Below are positions 48,639 through 58,690 of a DNA stretch of 64,000 nt, one piece after another. Source of the DNA: Gammaproteobacteria bacterium (GTDB taxonomy: Bacteria; Pseudomonadota; Gammaproteobacteria; CAJXQU01); NCBI GenBank assembly GCA_965238175.1, contig CBDEGZ010000003.1, positions 2,432,001 to 2,496,000 of the forward strand, written 5' to 3'. Position 1 is the stretch's first letter; every line of letters begins with the position of its first letter. The position numbers and the translations under genes are program-made. The notes beneath the pieces were generated by a model. The model ran no database searches and was not told where the DNA came from. It worked only from the letters and a program-made list of their open reading frames with translations.

Positions 48639-49823
48639 TTATAGTTTTCCTTCCAATGCTGCCATCCCACCAGGAAGATCTACATTTGCACCTAGTGTTT
48701 TCAAACTGGATCCTAAAGCATGCAGTGTCCGGAATAAATGATGCTCACGGCTTTGCTCGCCCATTTGTCCAATACGAATAATATTTAGACCAAAGGATAC
48801 AGAAATTTCCACACGATACTCTCGTGACATATGTGCGATGAGATCAGCTGCCTTAATATTTTCTGGTACGTTTATTCCAACAACTGAATTTAAACGCGCC
48901 TCTGGCTCTACAAACAAGCTTAATCCTAAAGTCTCAACCCCAGTTTGTAGTGCGATGGAGCATCTAAGATGTCGATCAAAACGTTTATCTAGTGTTTCTA
49001 AACAAATCAATCGTAAGGCTTCATGCATGGCTAGAATGCCAGAAACCGGCGCCGTATAGTGATAAGCTTTTTTGTACCAAAATTGATGCGCGAGCATTGC
49101 ATCCAGACACCAGTGATGCAGTTTGTCAGTACGTGATTCGATCAAGCTCCAGGCCAAATCAGAAAACGCGACCAGTGATACACCGGGTATAGAAGACAAG
49201 CCCTTTTGACCGCCAGTGATAACAGCATCAACTCCCCATCCGTCCATGTCTAATTGCATTGTGCTTAAGGTACAAACGGCATCAACAATCACCACACAAT
49301 CGTGCTTGTGTGCCAGGCTGGAAATTTTTGGCAGGTAGCGATTATATGTAGTATTAGACGTTTCTCCTTGCACAATCGTAAGTACTCGAGGTTTGTGTTC
49401 GATCAAATATTTCTCGACCAATACCACACTGGCTGTTTGACAGTTTTCGATTTCCAGTCTGATTACCTCCCCCGTTACACGTTCAGCCATTTCAGCAAGC
49501 CTTGAACTAAAAAAACCATTGCAGATACTTAAGACTTTTGCTCCGGGCTCTACTATATTCACCACGGCCATTTCCATAGCAGCCGATCCTGGACCTGCTA
49601 CACCAAGAATATGTCGAGATTCTGTTTGAAACACATAGCGCGACATCGCTTTAACCTGCTCAATAACTTGAGACATGGTTTCTCCTAAATGATTAATTAC
49701 GATGGAGTTCGCTGCGGCTACCCGTTCAGGAATCGGAACAGGTCCAGCTCCCATCATAAGTAAAGGTTCTTCAGGAAGGAGGGTATCGAGTGGAGTAATA
49801 TTTAGAGGAACGGGTATATTCAT
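48639..49823 (-). CDS. Class V aminotransferase (alanine-glyoxylate/serine-pyruvate, PucG-like)
   Basis: Motifs LMMGAGP, GETS, IVDAV, GGQKGL and RIGQMG. Confidence 0.88.
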   Translation of the reverse strand: MNIPVPLNITPLDTLLPEEPLLMMGAGPVPIPERVAAANSIVINHLGETMSQVIEQVKAMSRYVFQTESRHILGVAGPGSAAMEMAVVNIVEPGAKVLSICNGFFSSRLAEMAERVTGEVIRLEIENCQTASVVLVEKYLIEHKPRVLTIVQGETSNTTYNRYLPKISSLAHKHDCVVIVDAVCTLSTMQLDMDGWGVDAVITGGQKGLSSIPGVSLVAFSDLAWSLIESRTDKLHHWCLDAMLAHQFWYKKAYHYTAPVSGILAMHEALRLICLETLDKRFDRHLRCSIALQTGVETLGLSLFVEPEARLNSVVGINVPENIKAADLIAHMSREYRVEISVSFGLNIIRIGQMGEQSREHHLFRTLHALGSSLKTLGANVDLPGGMAALEGKL

Positions 49824-49974
49824 TTTTGTATATTATATTTAATAATTGATCTTATTTTTTTATTTAAAACAAACAATAAATATACCATACAAACCAACTC
49901 TCAGATGTCAAATTTACTGAAATCCATCTAATTTCACATCAATAAATGTTTAACTTAGTTTATGGCTATAATGG

Positions 49975-50763
49975 ATGAGACTTTCAAAATCATTTTCAAT
50001 TAAAAAAATAATGACTCTCATCTTAGAAGAACTTGGCTATCAAAAAACACCTCTGGGCGAAATCAGTCTACGAAGAAGATCAGAACCCCGGTTAGACAAC
50101 AAAATACTCTATGAAGTGAAACTCAATGATGAGTTTTTGATGTCCAGCCTTTTCACTGAGGCTGAAATTCAGCTTGCTAAATTAGGATTGAATGCACTTA
50201 AAGACAAAGCAAGTGATGAACACGCTGATCAGAAATTAGATATTGTTGTTGGTGGTTTAGGGTTGGGCTATACTGCAGCTGCAGTGCTTGAAGATCCATC
50301 AGTTAAATCTTTGACTGTGATAGATGTGATGGAGCCCGTTATTGAATGGCATCAGAAAGGTCTTGTTCCACTTGGTGAAAAACTAACATCTGATACACGA
50401 TGCACCCTACTCCATGCGGACTTTTTTAAGCTTGCTATGGCTGATAGTGGAAGTTTCGATCAAAATAATCCCGATCAAAAAGCGCATGCGCTTTTACTTG
50501 ATATTGATCATTCACCAAGCCACTGGTTGAATTCAGAAAACAGTCAATTTTATACGGAAAAAAGTTTGAATAATCTTGCCGATAAGATCCATCCGGGTGG
50601 TCTCTTTGGACTTTGGTCAAATGATCCACCTGAAAGTGAATTTATCACATTACTGGAATCAGTTTTTGAATCTTCATCATCGCATATAATTACCTTTCCA
50701 AATCCCTATACGGGTGCTGAATCGACGAATACCGTTTATCTTGCTCTTAAATCACATGCTTAA
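49975..50763 (+). CDS. Spermidine synthase-like SAM-dependent protein
   Basis: Motifs EFLMSS, VVGGLGLGYT and LLDIDHSP. Confidence 0.8.
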   Translation: MRLSKSFSIKKIMTLILEELGYQKTPLGEISLRRRSEPRLDNKILYEVKLNDEFLMSSLFTEAEIQLAKLGLNALKDKASDEHADQKLDIVVGGLGLGYTAAAVLEDPSVKSLTVIDVMEPVIEWHQKGLVPLGEKLTSDTRCTLLHADFFKLAMADSGSFDQNNPDQKAHALLLDIDHSPSHWLNSENSQFYTEKSLNNLADKIHPGGLFGLWSNDPPESEFITLLESVFESSSSHIITFPNPYTGAESTNTVYLALKSHA

Positions 50764-50781
50764 TTTTGGCTAATATTTCCG

Positions 50782-51336
50782 ATGATTAATAAAGGAGTTG
50801 ATTTTGAAATAGACAAGATTAAAGCTTGGCTAGATAAAATTGTGATCGGTTTAAACTTTTGTCCTTTTGCAGCAAAACCATACTGCAATAAACAAATACG
50901 ATTTGTCACCAGCAAGGCAAACACAGAAGAATCGCTATTGATAGATTTGCAAGATGAATTAGCTCTATTAGAGAAAAAACCTGCTTCTGAAATAGAAACC
51001 ACCTTAATCATCGTCCCTGAAATATTGTCTGTATTTGAAGACTACAATCAGTTCCTGGATTTAGCAGATCAACTTTTGATCGAATTTGAATGGGAAGGGA
51101 TCTTTCAAGTAGCCAGTTTTCATCCAGATTATTGCTTTGCAGATACTCCATCCGATTCTTTAGAGAATCTCACTAACCGCTCGCCCTACCCCATCTTGCA
51201 TATACTCCGTGAGAGTAGTGTGGAAAATGCTGTCAATAAAATTACAGAGCCCGACGAAATCTATAAAAGTAATATTAAGGCAGTGAATAATTTATCAACA
51301 GAGCAAATTAAGGATCTATTTCATTATTTAAAATAG
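50782..51336 (+). CDS. DUF1415 family protein
   Basis: Motifs VIGLNFCPFA, QVASFHP and TNRSPYPILH.LRE. Confidence 0.88.
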   Translation: MINKGVDFEIDKIKAWLDKIVIGLNFCPFAAKPYCNKQIRFVTSKANTEESLLIDLQDELALLEKKPASEIETTLIIVPEILSVFEDYNQFLDLADQLLIEFEWEGIFQVASFHPDYCFADTPSDSLENLTNRSPYPILHILRESSVENAVNKITEPDEIYKSNIKAVNNLSTEQIKDLFHYLK

Positions 51337-51681
51337 GTATTGATTTAAATTCCTGGTAACCAGTGTTGTAGTTGATGATCCTAAGGTTTAGAGAATTAAG
51401 CTCCAATCTTAACTGCTAATATTGATCTGAGTAGATGTAATCTTGAAATTCAGGTTCAGCAAACGTAACATTTTAGATAAAAAAACTAAAAATGAAATAT
51501 GAATTTTCAATTTGATCTCCTCAACTTGTCTTTCATTTGGATAGCATCTTTTTTCCCACAACAACATAGCCAACGATAGGGTTATCAATGCTTTTTTCAT
51601 TGATATGATTTGTTGAAGTTTAATATGACTAATTATTATAAAATAATTCATTCTAAATCAATTGAAAATGACCTGTCTATT

Positions 51682-52068
51682 TCAGGTATTTCTAATAACC
51701 TTCATATTTTCTATCATTTGTTTCAATGTCATCAGAACATTACCCTTCACTTTATTATCAACATTCAAATTTGTTAGCGCGGTTTCCATACAATAGATCC
51801 ATTGCTGACTAAGTGATTCGTTTAGATCCACACGACTATGCCGTAATTCAAGCCATTCACTATTGATGTATTTATCGTTGAATATCTCTGGGCCACCGAA
51901 CCAATGTGTTAAAAAACGATAGAGGTTCTTTCGGGTTGAAATGAGTTTTTTTGGATGTAAGTCTCGCAGCTCTTTTGCATAAGAATCATTTTCCATAACA
52001 TCGTAAAATTCATTCACTAAGGTTTTAATCGCAGACATTCCACCTAATTGATCAAATATATTATTCAT
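51682..52068 (-). CDS. Group II truncated haemoglobin (trHbO-like)
   Basis: Motifs LGG, FY (B9/B10), WFGGP, LRH (proximal His) and G8 Trp. Confidence 0.85.
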   Translation of the reverse strand: MNNIFDQLGGMSAIKTLVNEFYDVMENDSYAKELRDLHPKKLISTRKNLYRFLTHWFGGPEIFNDKYINSEWLELRHSRVDLNESLSQQWIYCMETALTNLNVDNKVKGNVLMTLKQMIENMKVIRNT

Positions 52069-52087
52069 ACTAGTATGAAATATTTAT

Positions 52088-52501
52088 TCAAGCATTACTT
52101 GTTAGCCGGATTCTCTCAGCGGGAATTCGCAATTGTTCGATTAAATAAACCTTAAACGATTCTTCGTAGGCCTGAAGGTTAACCGCTTTTTGCATGCACA
52201 AAATCCAGGCTTCTCTTTCGTCAATACCTACTGGTAAATGTTTATGTGCCATAGGAATATTTATACCACCAAAGTGTTGAGCATAGAGTTTTGGACCGCC
52301 GAGCCAGCCGGATAAAAAATACGACAACTTTTTTCTGGATTCTGTTAGATCATCGGAATGCATATTACGTATATTTTTTGCTTCTGGAAGTTTTTCCATA
52401 AAGTCGTAAAAAGCATTAACCAATTTTGTAATCCCTGTTATTTCTCCAGCAGCTTGATAGGAATTATCACCCTCACCATATGGTGCGATTTTTGAATTCA
52501 T
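52088..52501 (-). CDS. Group II truncated haemoglobin (trHbO-like)
   Basis: Motifs LVNAFY, WLGGPKLY, AH (proximal His) and AWI.CM. Confidence 0.88.
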   Translation of the reverse strand: MNSKIAPYGEGDNSYQAAGEITGITKLVNAFYDFMEKLPEAKNIRNMHSDDLTESRKKLSYFLSGWLGGPKLYAQHFGGINIPMAHKHLPVGIDEREAWILCMQKAVNLQAYEESFKVYLIEQLRIPAERIRLTSNA

Positions 52502-52602
52502 ATTCTCGATATTCTATTCCAATACACAATCACATCATAATACCCATCGTTTAGGCATTACGGTTTTTAAGTGCCAGGTGTATTAATCTCTGTTAGATAT
52601 TT

Positions 52603-53295
52603 TTAATCAGATTCAAACCAGTGATATACCACACCGGCCAAGATGGCGCCTAAAATTGGAGCGACCCAGAAAAGCCATAATTGTGATACTGCCCAATCTC
52701 CCTGGAATATTGCTACACCCGTACTCCTTGCTGGATTAACAGAGGTATTAGTAACTGGAATACTAATGAGATGAATAAGCGTCAAGCCAAAACCAATCCC
52801 AATGGGTGCGAACCCCTGTGGAGCACGCTTATCAGTTGCACCTAAAATAATGATCAAAAACATAAAGGTCATTACTATTTCAGTAACCAATGCTGCTGTC
52901 ATGCTATAACCACCTGGGGAATGCTCAGCATAACCATTTGAAGCAAAGCCAGCGGTAACATCAAACCCAGCTTGCCCAGAAGCAATGACATATAAAATCG
53001 CAGCACCAGCAAGACCGCCTAAAACTTGTGCAACAATATAAGGTCCAAGTTCAGCCGCTGAAAACCTCCCACCCGACCAGAGTCCAATAGAGACTGCAGG
53101 GTTTAAGTGACAACCCGAAATATGGCCAATCGCAAATGCCATGGTTAATACAGTTAAGCCAAAAGCTAAGGAAACGCCTAATAGTCCAATACCTACATCT
53201 GGAAATGCTGCCGCTAATACAGCGCTACCACAGCCTCCAAGTACAAGCCAAAATGTACCAATAAATTCCGCAACTAGTTTTTTTGTTAGTGACAT
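52603..53295 (-). CDS. aqpZ: Aquaporin Z
   Basis: Motifs [21 protein letters not shown] and TSVNPARS. Confidence 0.97.
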   Translation of the reverse strand: MSLTKKLVAEFIGTFWLVLGGCGSAVLAAAFPDVGIGLLGVSLAFGLTVLTMAFAIGHISGCHLNPAVSIGLWSGGRFSAAELGPYIVAQVLGGLAGAAILYVIASGQAGFDVTAGFASNGYAEHSPGGYSMTAALVTEIVMTFMFLIIILGATDKRAPQGFAPIGIGFGLTLIHLISIPVTNTSVNPARSTGVAIFQGDWAVSQLWLFWVAPILGAILAGVVYHWFESD

Positions 53296-53389
53296 TATTT
53301 ATACCTCAATTAATATGGGAAAGTTTTCTTACATATGTTACATCATGTTGAGATGTATGCGTTGTACTTATCTGTTTAACACGTTCTAT

Positions 53390-53854
53390 TTATTGAAGGA
53401 CGATCTCAATAATTTCTGTACTTATATTATCATCTGAAATTTCTATTTTAGCCAAAGTAATAGGTAACTTAAATCGTCGTGGACCAGCACTACCAGGGTT
53501 GAGGTATATAATTTCATCTTTATGTTCGATATCAGACTTGTGTGAATGTCCGGATATAATAATATCAAAACCAGCAGCAACCGGATCAATATCTAAATCG
53601 CGTAAATTGTGCAACATATAAATGAACTTTCCACCTATTTCAATCGCCTCACTGTCTGGAAAATCAGAAGCCCACTCATCTTTATCTATATTTCCTTTTA
53701 TTGCTGTAACGGGGGCTATAGATGATAATTTTTCTATTATTTCCAAACAACCAATATCACCTGCATGAAAAATCCGATCACAACCTTGTAATAGACTGAT
53801 TGCTTCAGGTCGAAGAAGAGAGTGAGTGTCAGAAATAATTCCAATATTTTTCAT
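53390..53854 (-). CDS. YfcE/MJ0936-type metallophosphoesterase
   Basis: Motifs ISDTH, HAGD, GNID, GHSH and NPGS. Confidence 0.9.
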   Translation of the reverse strand: MKNIGIISDTHSLLRPEAISLLQGCDRIFHAGDIGCLEIIEKLSSIAPVTAIKGNIDKDEWASDFPDSEAIEIGGKFIYMLHNLRDLDIDPVAAGFDIIISGHSHKSDIEHKDEIIYLNPGSAGPRRFKLPITLAKIEISDDNISTEIIEIVLQ

Positions 53855-53933
53855 GATCAGATCGTTAAATTATTATTTAAAAATGTTATTTTTTTGTTAT
53901 TCAGATCATCTAATATGCTAAAGCAAAAACATT

Positions 53934-54713
53934 TCAATTCATAAAGTCGCTAATTATTTTATAGTACTCAGCACTATTTGAGAGATTATTATGTCCCATT
54001 TGACTTATAATTTTCATTATCACTTGTCCATTTTCAAACTCATTTATTAGTCGCTGTGTGTGGCTCATCGGTATTATCTGATCAAACTCTGCAGCTAGCA
54101 CTAAAATTTTTGATTTAATATTTTTCACTCTTGAAAATGAATCATATTGATCTTTTAAAAGAAGTTTAATAGGGAATATAGCGAACTTATCTTTTGCTAT
54201 ATTTAGCACACTATCATACGGAGTTATAAGTACAGTACGTTCAATTGGTCTATTAGCTGCTAAATATGTCGCCACACCTGAGCCAAGACTTCTACCGGCT
54301 ACGTAAGTATTATTATGAAGTTCTTTGACTTGATCATATATTGTTAAGGCATCTGCATAGATTCCCGCTTCTGTCGGTTTACCACTACTTCCCCCGTAGC
54401 CTCTATAACAAACAAGATATATTGTTATATCTGAGAAATTAGATGAAAACTTATCTGCACTGGCAATAACATCTTCCCCATTACCCCCAAAGTAGATCAA
54501 AGAGTTTGTATGGCCTTTATTTAATATTATAACTTCTATTGTTTCGCCGTGACTTGAAATACTAATCTTTTCAAAAAAGTGTTGGTGATTTTTAGTCGGG
54601 AAGTACAAAAAGTTACGTTGAAATACATAAAGTAATATTATTGTGCATATATAACAAAATAGTATTATAAGTGTCAGATTTAAAATTATTTTCATATCAT
54701 GAATAATACACAA
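53934..54713 (-). CDS. Membrane-anchored alpha/beta hydrolase (ABHD13/BEM46-like)
   Basis: N-terminal TM helix; motifs YFGGNGE, YRGYG.S.G.P, GRSLG and GHN. Confidence 0.88.
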   Translation of the reverse strand: MCIIHDMKIILNLTLIILFCYICTIILLYVFQRNFLYFPTKNHQHFFEKISISSHGETIEVIILNKGHTNSLIYFGGNGEDVIASADKFSSNFSDITIYLVCYRGYGGSSGKPTEAGIYADALTIYDQVKELHNNTYVAGRSLGSGVATYLAANRPIERTVLITPYDSVLNIAKDKFAIFPIKLLLKDQYDSFSRVKNIKSKILVLAAEFDQIIPMSHTQRLINEFENGQVIMKIISQMGHNNLSNSAEYYKIISDFMN

Positions 54714-54829
54714 GAAAATGTTCAGATAATATCTTCATAGTGCTTCAGCAAAAACAAGTAATACGATACATATACTTAAAGTATTAAGTTATTTAGACTC
54801 TACGGATTATTTCCAATATAGTCGAGCGC

Positions 54830-55957
54830 ATGAAATTCATAACACATTTTATTTTAATCATACTGGTAACAGCCTGCACTATGGATACAGAAAATACAGA
54901 TGGGATTACTTATGATGAAGAAATCACCACTCTAAATTATCAAGATATTAGCTTCAGTATATTAAATACAGAGAGTTTGACAGCCTTTCCTCTTAACACA
55001 GATGAAGATACACAATGGGATGCGAAAGATGATTTCTTTGATCAAATGAGAGAACTGATTAAGCCATTACAGAGAAAAGATCTACTGAAAGTGGATATTT
55101 ATTTCAAAAGACCAAAAAACCATCAACTTTACGAACCCAACATTGGTATCTTTTATTTTAAAGGTAAAACGATTATCCCGATTTTATTTCAAGATTCTCA
55201 TTCTTGGACTACCTGGTATAACGAAATGACAGAAGGTTATGATGACATGGTGCTTTCAACTATTAGTGAAAGTAGTATGAGCGGTACTGCCATTCGAGGT
55301 TTTAACAATGGTGACCCATACCAAAATACAGGTAGTTGGATTGTAAGTGGTGCCCCTAAAGATTATTTTAAAGAGGAGCTAACTAAAGAAAAGGAAGTCT
55401 ATCTTAAAAAATATATCAACATCAATTCTGCCAGTTTTGACAAAAAGGCATTACAAAAAACGTTTCTGGAACTGATAACAAAAAATAAATTTCAAATAAC
55501 ACCAAGTTCTAACAATGAACAAATTTATAAAAAATTTGAAACGCTGACAAACTATGCCTTTCCAGAAGAATTAAAAACCATTTATGAGCACAGCAATGGT
55601 CTTCAAAAGTTTGTCAATCATACTGAGTTTTTATCAGCACAGATGGTATTGCAAGAATGGATAAACTGGAGCGACATATATACTGACTGGACTCTAGAAG
55701 ATCTTACTGGCAATAATCAATCCGACAGTGGAAAAACATTAGGGCTTTATACAACACCCTATTGGGTACCTTTTATACACGACGGCGCAGGAAATTTTCT
55801 GGCCATAGATTACCTACCAGGAAGCCAAGGAACTTCAGGACAAATTATTGCTTTCGGTGCTGATGAAAATAAAATTCGTTTTATTGCCCCAAATATGCAG
55901 AACTTTATACAGCAATTGTTGGACGATAAAAACGCACTAAATAATGGTTTTAACTAA
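54830..55957 (+). CDS. Lipoprotein with a C-terminal SMI1/KNR4 (SUKH) domain
   Basis: Lipobox VTAC; FPEELK.IY...NG...WVPFIHDGAGNFLAIDY.PG..G..GQII is a SMI1/KNR4 signature. Confidence 0.75.
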   Translation: MKFITHFILIILVTACTMDTENTDGITYDEEITTLNYQDISFSILNTESLTAFPLNTDEDTQWDAKDDFFDQMRELIKPLQRKDLLKVDIYFKRPKNHQLYEPNIGIFYFKGKTIIPILFQDSHSWTTWYNEMTEGYDDMVLSTISESSMSGTAIRGFNNGDPYQNTGSWIVSGAPKDYFKEELTKEKEVYLKKYININSASFDKKALQKTFLELITKNKFQITPSSNNEQIYKKFETLTNYAFPEELKTIYEHSNGLQKFVNHTEFLSAQMVLQEWINWSDIYTDWTLEDLTGNNQSDSGKTLGLYTTPYWVPFIHDGAGNFLAIDYLPGSQGTSGQIIAFGADENKIRFIAPNMQNFIQQLLDDKNALNNGFN

Positions 55958-56237
55958 ATATCATGAAAAAAAGCAGCACTTCAATATCATGATAAATCCT
56001 AATAAAATAATTTGGTTCTGGTTTTGGAGGAATTCTTTTAAGCTTTTGTCATTACAGTTTAGTTAGCGATCTTTTATTTACGTATTAAATATATACTTCT
56101 CTTGAGCATAGTTTATCAGAACTGCTTTAGTAGGCCACGACACGATTAAATGTTAGCTTGAACATTGGAGAATACCATCCCAAAACTCTTTAAGTCCTTT
56201 TTAGACTATTGGAATAAAATGAGAGTACACACACAGA

Positions 56238-57905
56238 TCAAAAAATATAGTTGCAGTGCTGCTGAATGTCTTTTAGCGCTGTTTGTGCAACTTCGTGTTC
56301 AACCAGTTGAAGTTGGTGATCAATAATGGTGAGAAGATCTTGCTGTTTGGTTAGCGGGTTTGCAAGAATGATCCGGAAATAAATGATCTCGGTATTGCTA
56401 TATTTCGCTAAACCAACACGTGTTCTGGAGACGAAAGATTTCCCTTCTGATCGCTGCGCCTTCTGAATATTCTTATTTATATAGTCTAACTTTTCATTAA
56501 TCCAGGTCATCGTTTCATGATTAGATTTTTCTAAGCATTCCTGTATCCATTCAGGTGCATAGCGATAACCCATAATATTAAGCTCTGGATGAATGAGAAG
56601 TTCAAAGTCATCATGTTGATCAATAATTTCAGCAAAGTAATGGGCTTTTTCGATACCTTGATCAATCAGCAATTCATAGCCTTTTCTACCGATAATATTT
56701 AGTCCAGCATGCACTAACAAGGCCATTCCCGGACGAGAACCTTCCAAACTTTGTTGTCCTAAATCGCGTGAACCTCGACGAATAATATATTCTGCATGTA
56801 GTTGGATACTTTGCATGGATTTTGGATCTTTGAACAATACCATGCCCGCCCCCATGGGGACATAAAATTGTTTATGCGCATCAATAGTCACAGAATCTGC
56901 TTGCTCAATTCCTTTAAGTAAATGCTTATGTTTTTCTGAAAACAATGTTGGACCACCCCAAGCGGCATCAACATGAAAATGGCATTTCAACTCTTTGCTT
57001 AAAGCTGCAATTTCATCAAGCGAATCAACACTGCCAGTTTCCGTCGTTCCCGCAATACCGACCAAGCTTAAAATTTTATATCCTTTCGCTTGTAACTCTA
57101 TGGCCTTCTCACGCATTGCCTGGATATTTACTTTATGATTGCTGTTCGTTTCGATCATAATCATGTTATCCCGACCCAGGCCTAAAACATCCATTGCTTT
57201 TAATAATGAATAATGACCACGACAGGAAACCAAAACAACAAGGCCTTTTACATCAGCATCTTGCATTGCTGCATAAAGACCACATTTCGAAATCATATTT
57301 CCATCAAGAATATTATTTCGCGCCACCCATAATGCGGTGATATTTGCGACCGTACCGCCTGAACAAAAGGCCCCTAAGGCATGATCAAAATTGTGCAGCC
57401 ATTGCTTATAAAAAGATTTTTTTTGTTGGTAAACCAGGCCATGTAGCATTCCTAAAACTTGTCTTTCCATTGGCGTGAACGCTTTCGATGTTTCGACCTT
57501 CACCATATTTTGATTTAGCGCAGTGATGATTTTTGACAACGGCAGCATAAAATAAGGCAATGCTGATGACATATGGCCGATAAATCTCGGTGCCGAGATA
57601 TGAACAGATTGAGCAACCAGGTTTTTAAGTATGAAATCTGTATAAGCAGAAACGAAAAATGGACGATCAGTTATTTCTACAGATGAAAAGTCTGCTTCAA
57701 TTTCTTCCATCGGTTTTTCTTCTGCGACAATGTGTTCTCGCAAGAAACCATCAAGGTTCGTCGATATTTCTTTTTCGATACGTGCTAATGTTGCACCGCT
57801 AGATTCAGGGATGGTGAAAATACGATCGAGATTTTGCTGATTAACTTCAGCGCGTTCTTCGCTATTAGAGATAAGTGATTCTTTTATGGGTGACGATTCA
57901 GACAA
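56238..57905 (-). CDS. panP: PLP-dependent aspartate 1-decarboxylase PanP
   Basis: Motifs FIGHMSSALP, NQNMVKVETSKAFTP, CSGGTVAN, HVDAAWGG, DAHKQ and LEGSRPG. Confidence 0.88.
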   Translation of the reverse strand: MSESSPIKESLISNSEERAEVNQQNLDRIFTIPESSGATLARIEKEISTNLDGFLREHIVAEEKPMEEIEADFSSVEITDRPFFVSAYTDFILKNLVAQSVHISAPRFIGHMSSALPYFMLPLSKIITALNQNMVKVETSKAFTPMERQVLGMLHGLVYQQKKSFYKQWLHNFDHALGAFCSGGTVANITALWVARNNILDGNMISKCGLYAAMQDADVKGLVVLVSCRGHYSLLKAMDVLGLGRDNMIMIETNSNHKVNIQAMREKAIELQAKGYKILSLVGIAGTTETGSVDSLDEIAALSKELKCHFHVDAAWGGPTLFSEKHKHLLKGIEQADSVTIDAHKQFYVPMGAGMVLFKDPKSMQSIQLHAEYIIRRGSRDLGQQSLEGSRPGMALLVHAGLNIIGRKGYELLIDQGIEKAHYFAEIIDQHDDFELLIHPELNIMGYRYAPEWIQECLEKSNHETMTWINEKLDYINKNIQKAQRSEGKSFVSRTRVGLAKYSNTEIIYFRIILANPLTKQQDLLTIIDHQLQLVEHEVAQTALKDIQQHCNYIF

Positions 57906-57910
57906 GCAGA

Positions 57911-58669
57911 TTATTCCTTTAATTTAAGTTTTAATCGACCTTCCTGGATTTCCAAATATTCAACGCCGGCGGCAAAGCTTTTCCAGAAACCTTGATCGTT
58001 TCCAAATTCTTTTACCAGGTCAATATTTTTTAATCCACCGAGCCAGGCATTAGGAACTGGAACGCCCATTATGCTGATCCCTCTAAGTATGACAATCGGC
58101 TGCTCATTTTCAAATGCCAATTTCATTCCTGCACGAACACGTAAAGTTTTACCTGCAAAGAAGGGGAAATCCTCATCAATTGGAACTAGCACTTTTGCAC
58201 TGACCAGATCATCGGCTAAATCGATGGCTATTTTCCTGGCGAGTTCGGTATTACTTGCTAACAATGAATTCAATTCTTTTTCGGTAAAGTTGACCTCACG
58301 ACTGGCGCCCTCCTCGCTATAGACTTCCGGTGTCACATCATTAGGATCCTCAGCTTTTTCCTCGTGTGAATTTTCACGGATCTCGAGATCAATATTATCT
58401 ATCTCTCTACCATTCAGCTCCAGGTTTTCAAACCGTTGTAATTTTTGTTCAAGAACCTTTTCTTCTTTTTGACTCAACACGGTTGGTGAAAATTCTGATG
58501 GGAAGATATATTTTTTCAATACAAAAAATGTCAGTGCAACGGCAATAATAATCCCAATTAGAAGCATGAAAAAAACCTGAAGACAACCAAAACGTTTTTT
58601 CGGCTCACGATTGACAGTGGGTTCTACCGATGCAATATTTTCTGTATTATTTTCCATTACCAATAGCAA
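57911..58669 (-). CDS. Conserved hypothetical single-pass membrane protein
   Basis: One N-terminal TM helix, FTEKELNSLL and GVPVPNAWLGGLKNIDL; co-oriented within the operon. Confidence 0.7.
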   Translation of the reverse strand: MLLVMENNTENIASVEPTVNREPKKRFGCLQVFFMLLIGIIIAVALTFFVLKKYIFPSEFSPTVLSQKEEKVLEQKLQRFENLELNGREIDNIDLEIRENSHEEKAEDPNDVTPEVYSEEGASREVNFTEKELNSLLASNTELARKIAIDLADDLVSAKVLVPIDEDFPFFAGKTLRVRAGMKLAFENEQPIVILRGISIMGVPVPNAWLGGLKNIDLVKEFGNDQGFWKSFAAGVEYLEIQEGRLKLKLKE

Positions 58670-58690
58670 TCAGTTGTTAGATTTTGTGCA

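Noticed and set aside
51409-51651. 80-aa minus-strand ORF
   Set aside because: Low-complexity AT-rich translation with no family signature; possibly a decayed fragment.
52530-52602. attC-like look (ATCTAAC after the aqpZ stop) in the AT-rich run of short genes at 51-56 kb
   Set aside because: There is no complementary GTTAGAT-type R' box at the right spacing, no repeat of the element between other genes and no integron integrase.
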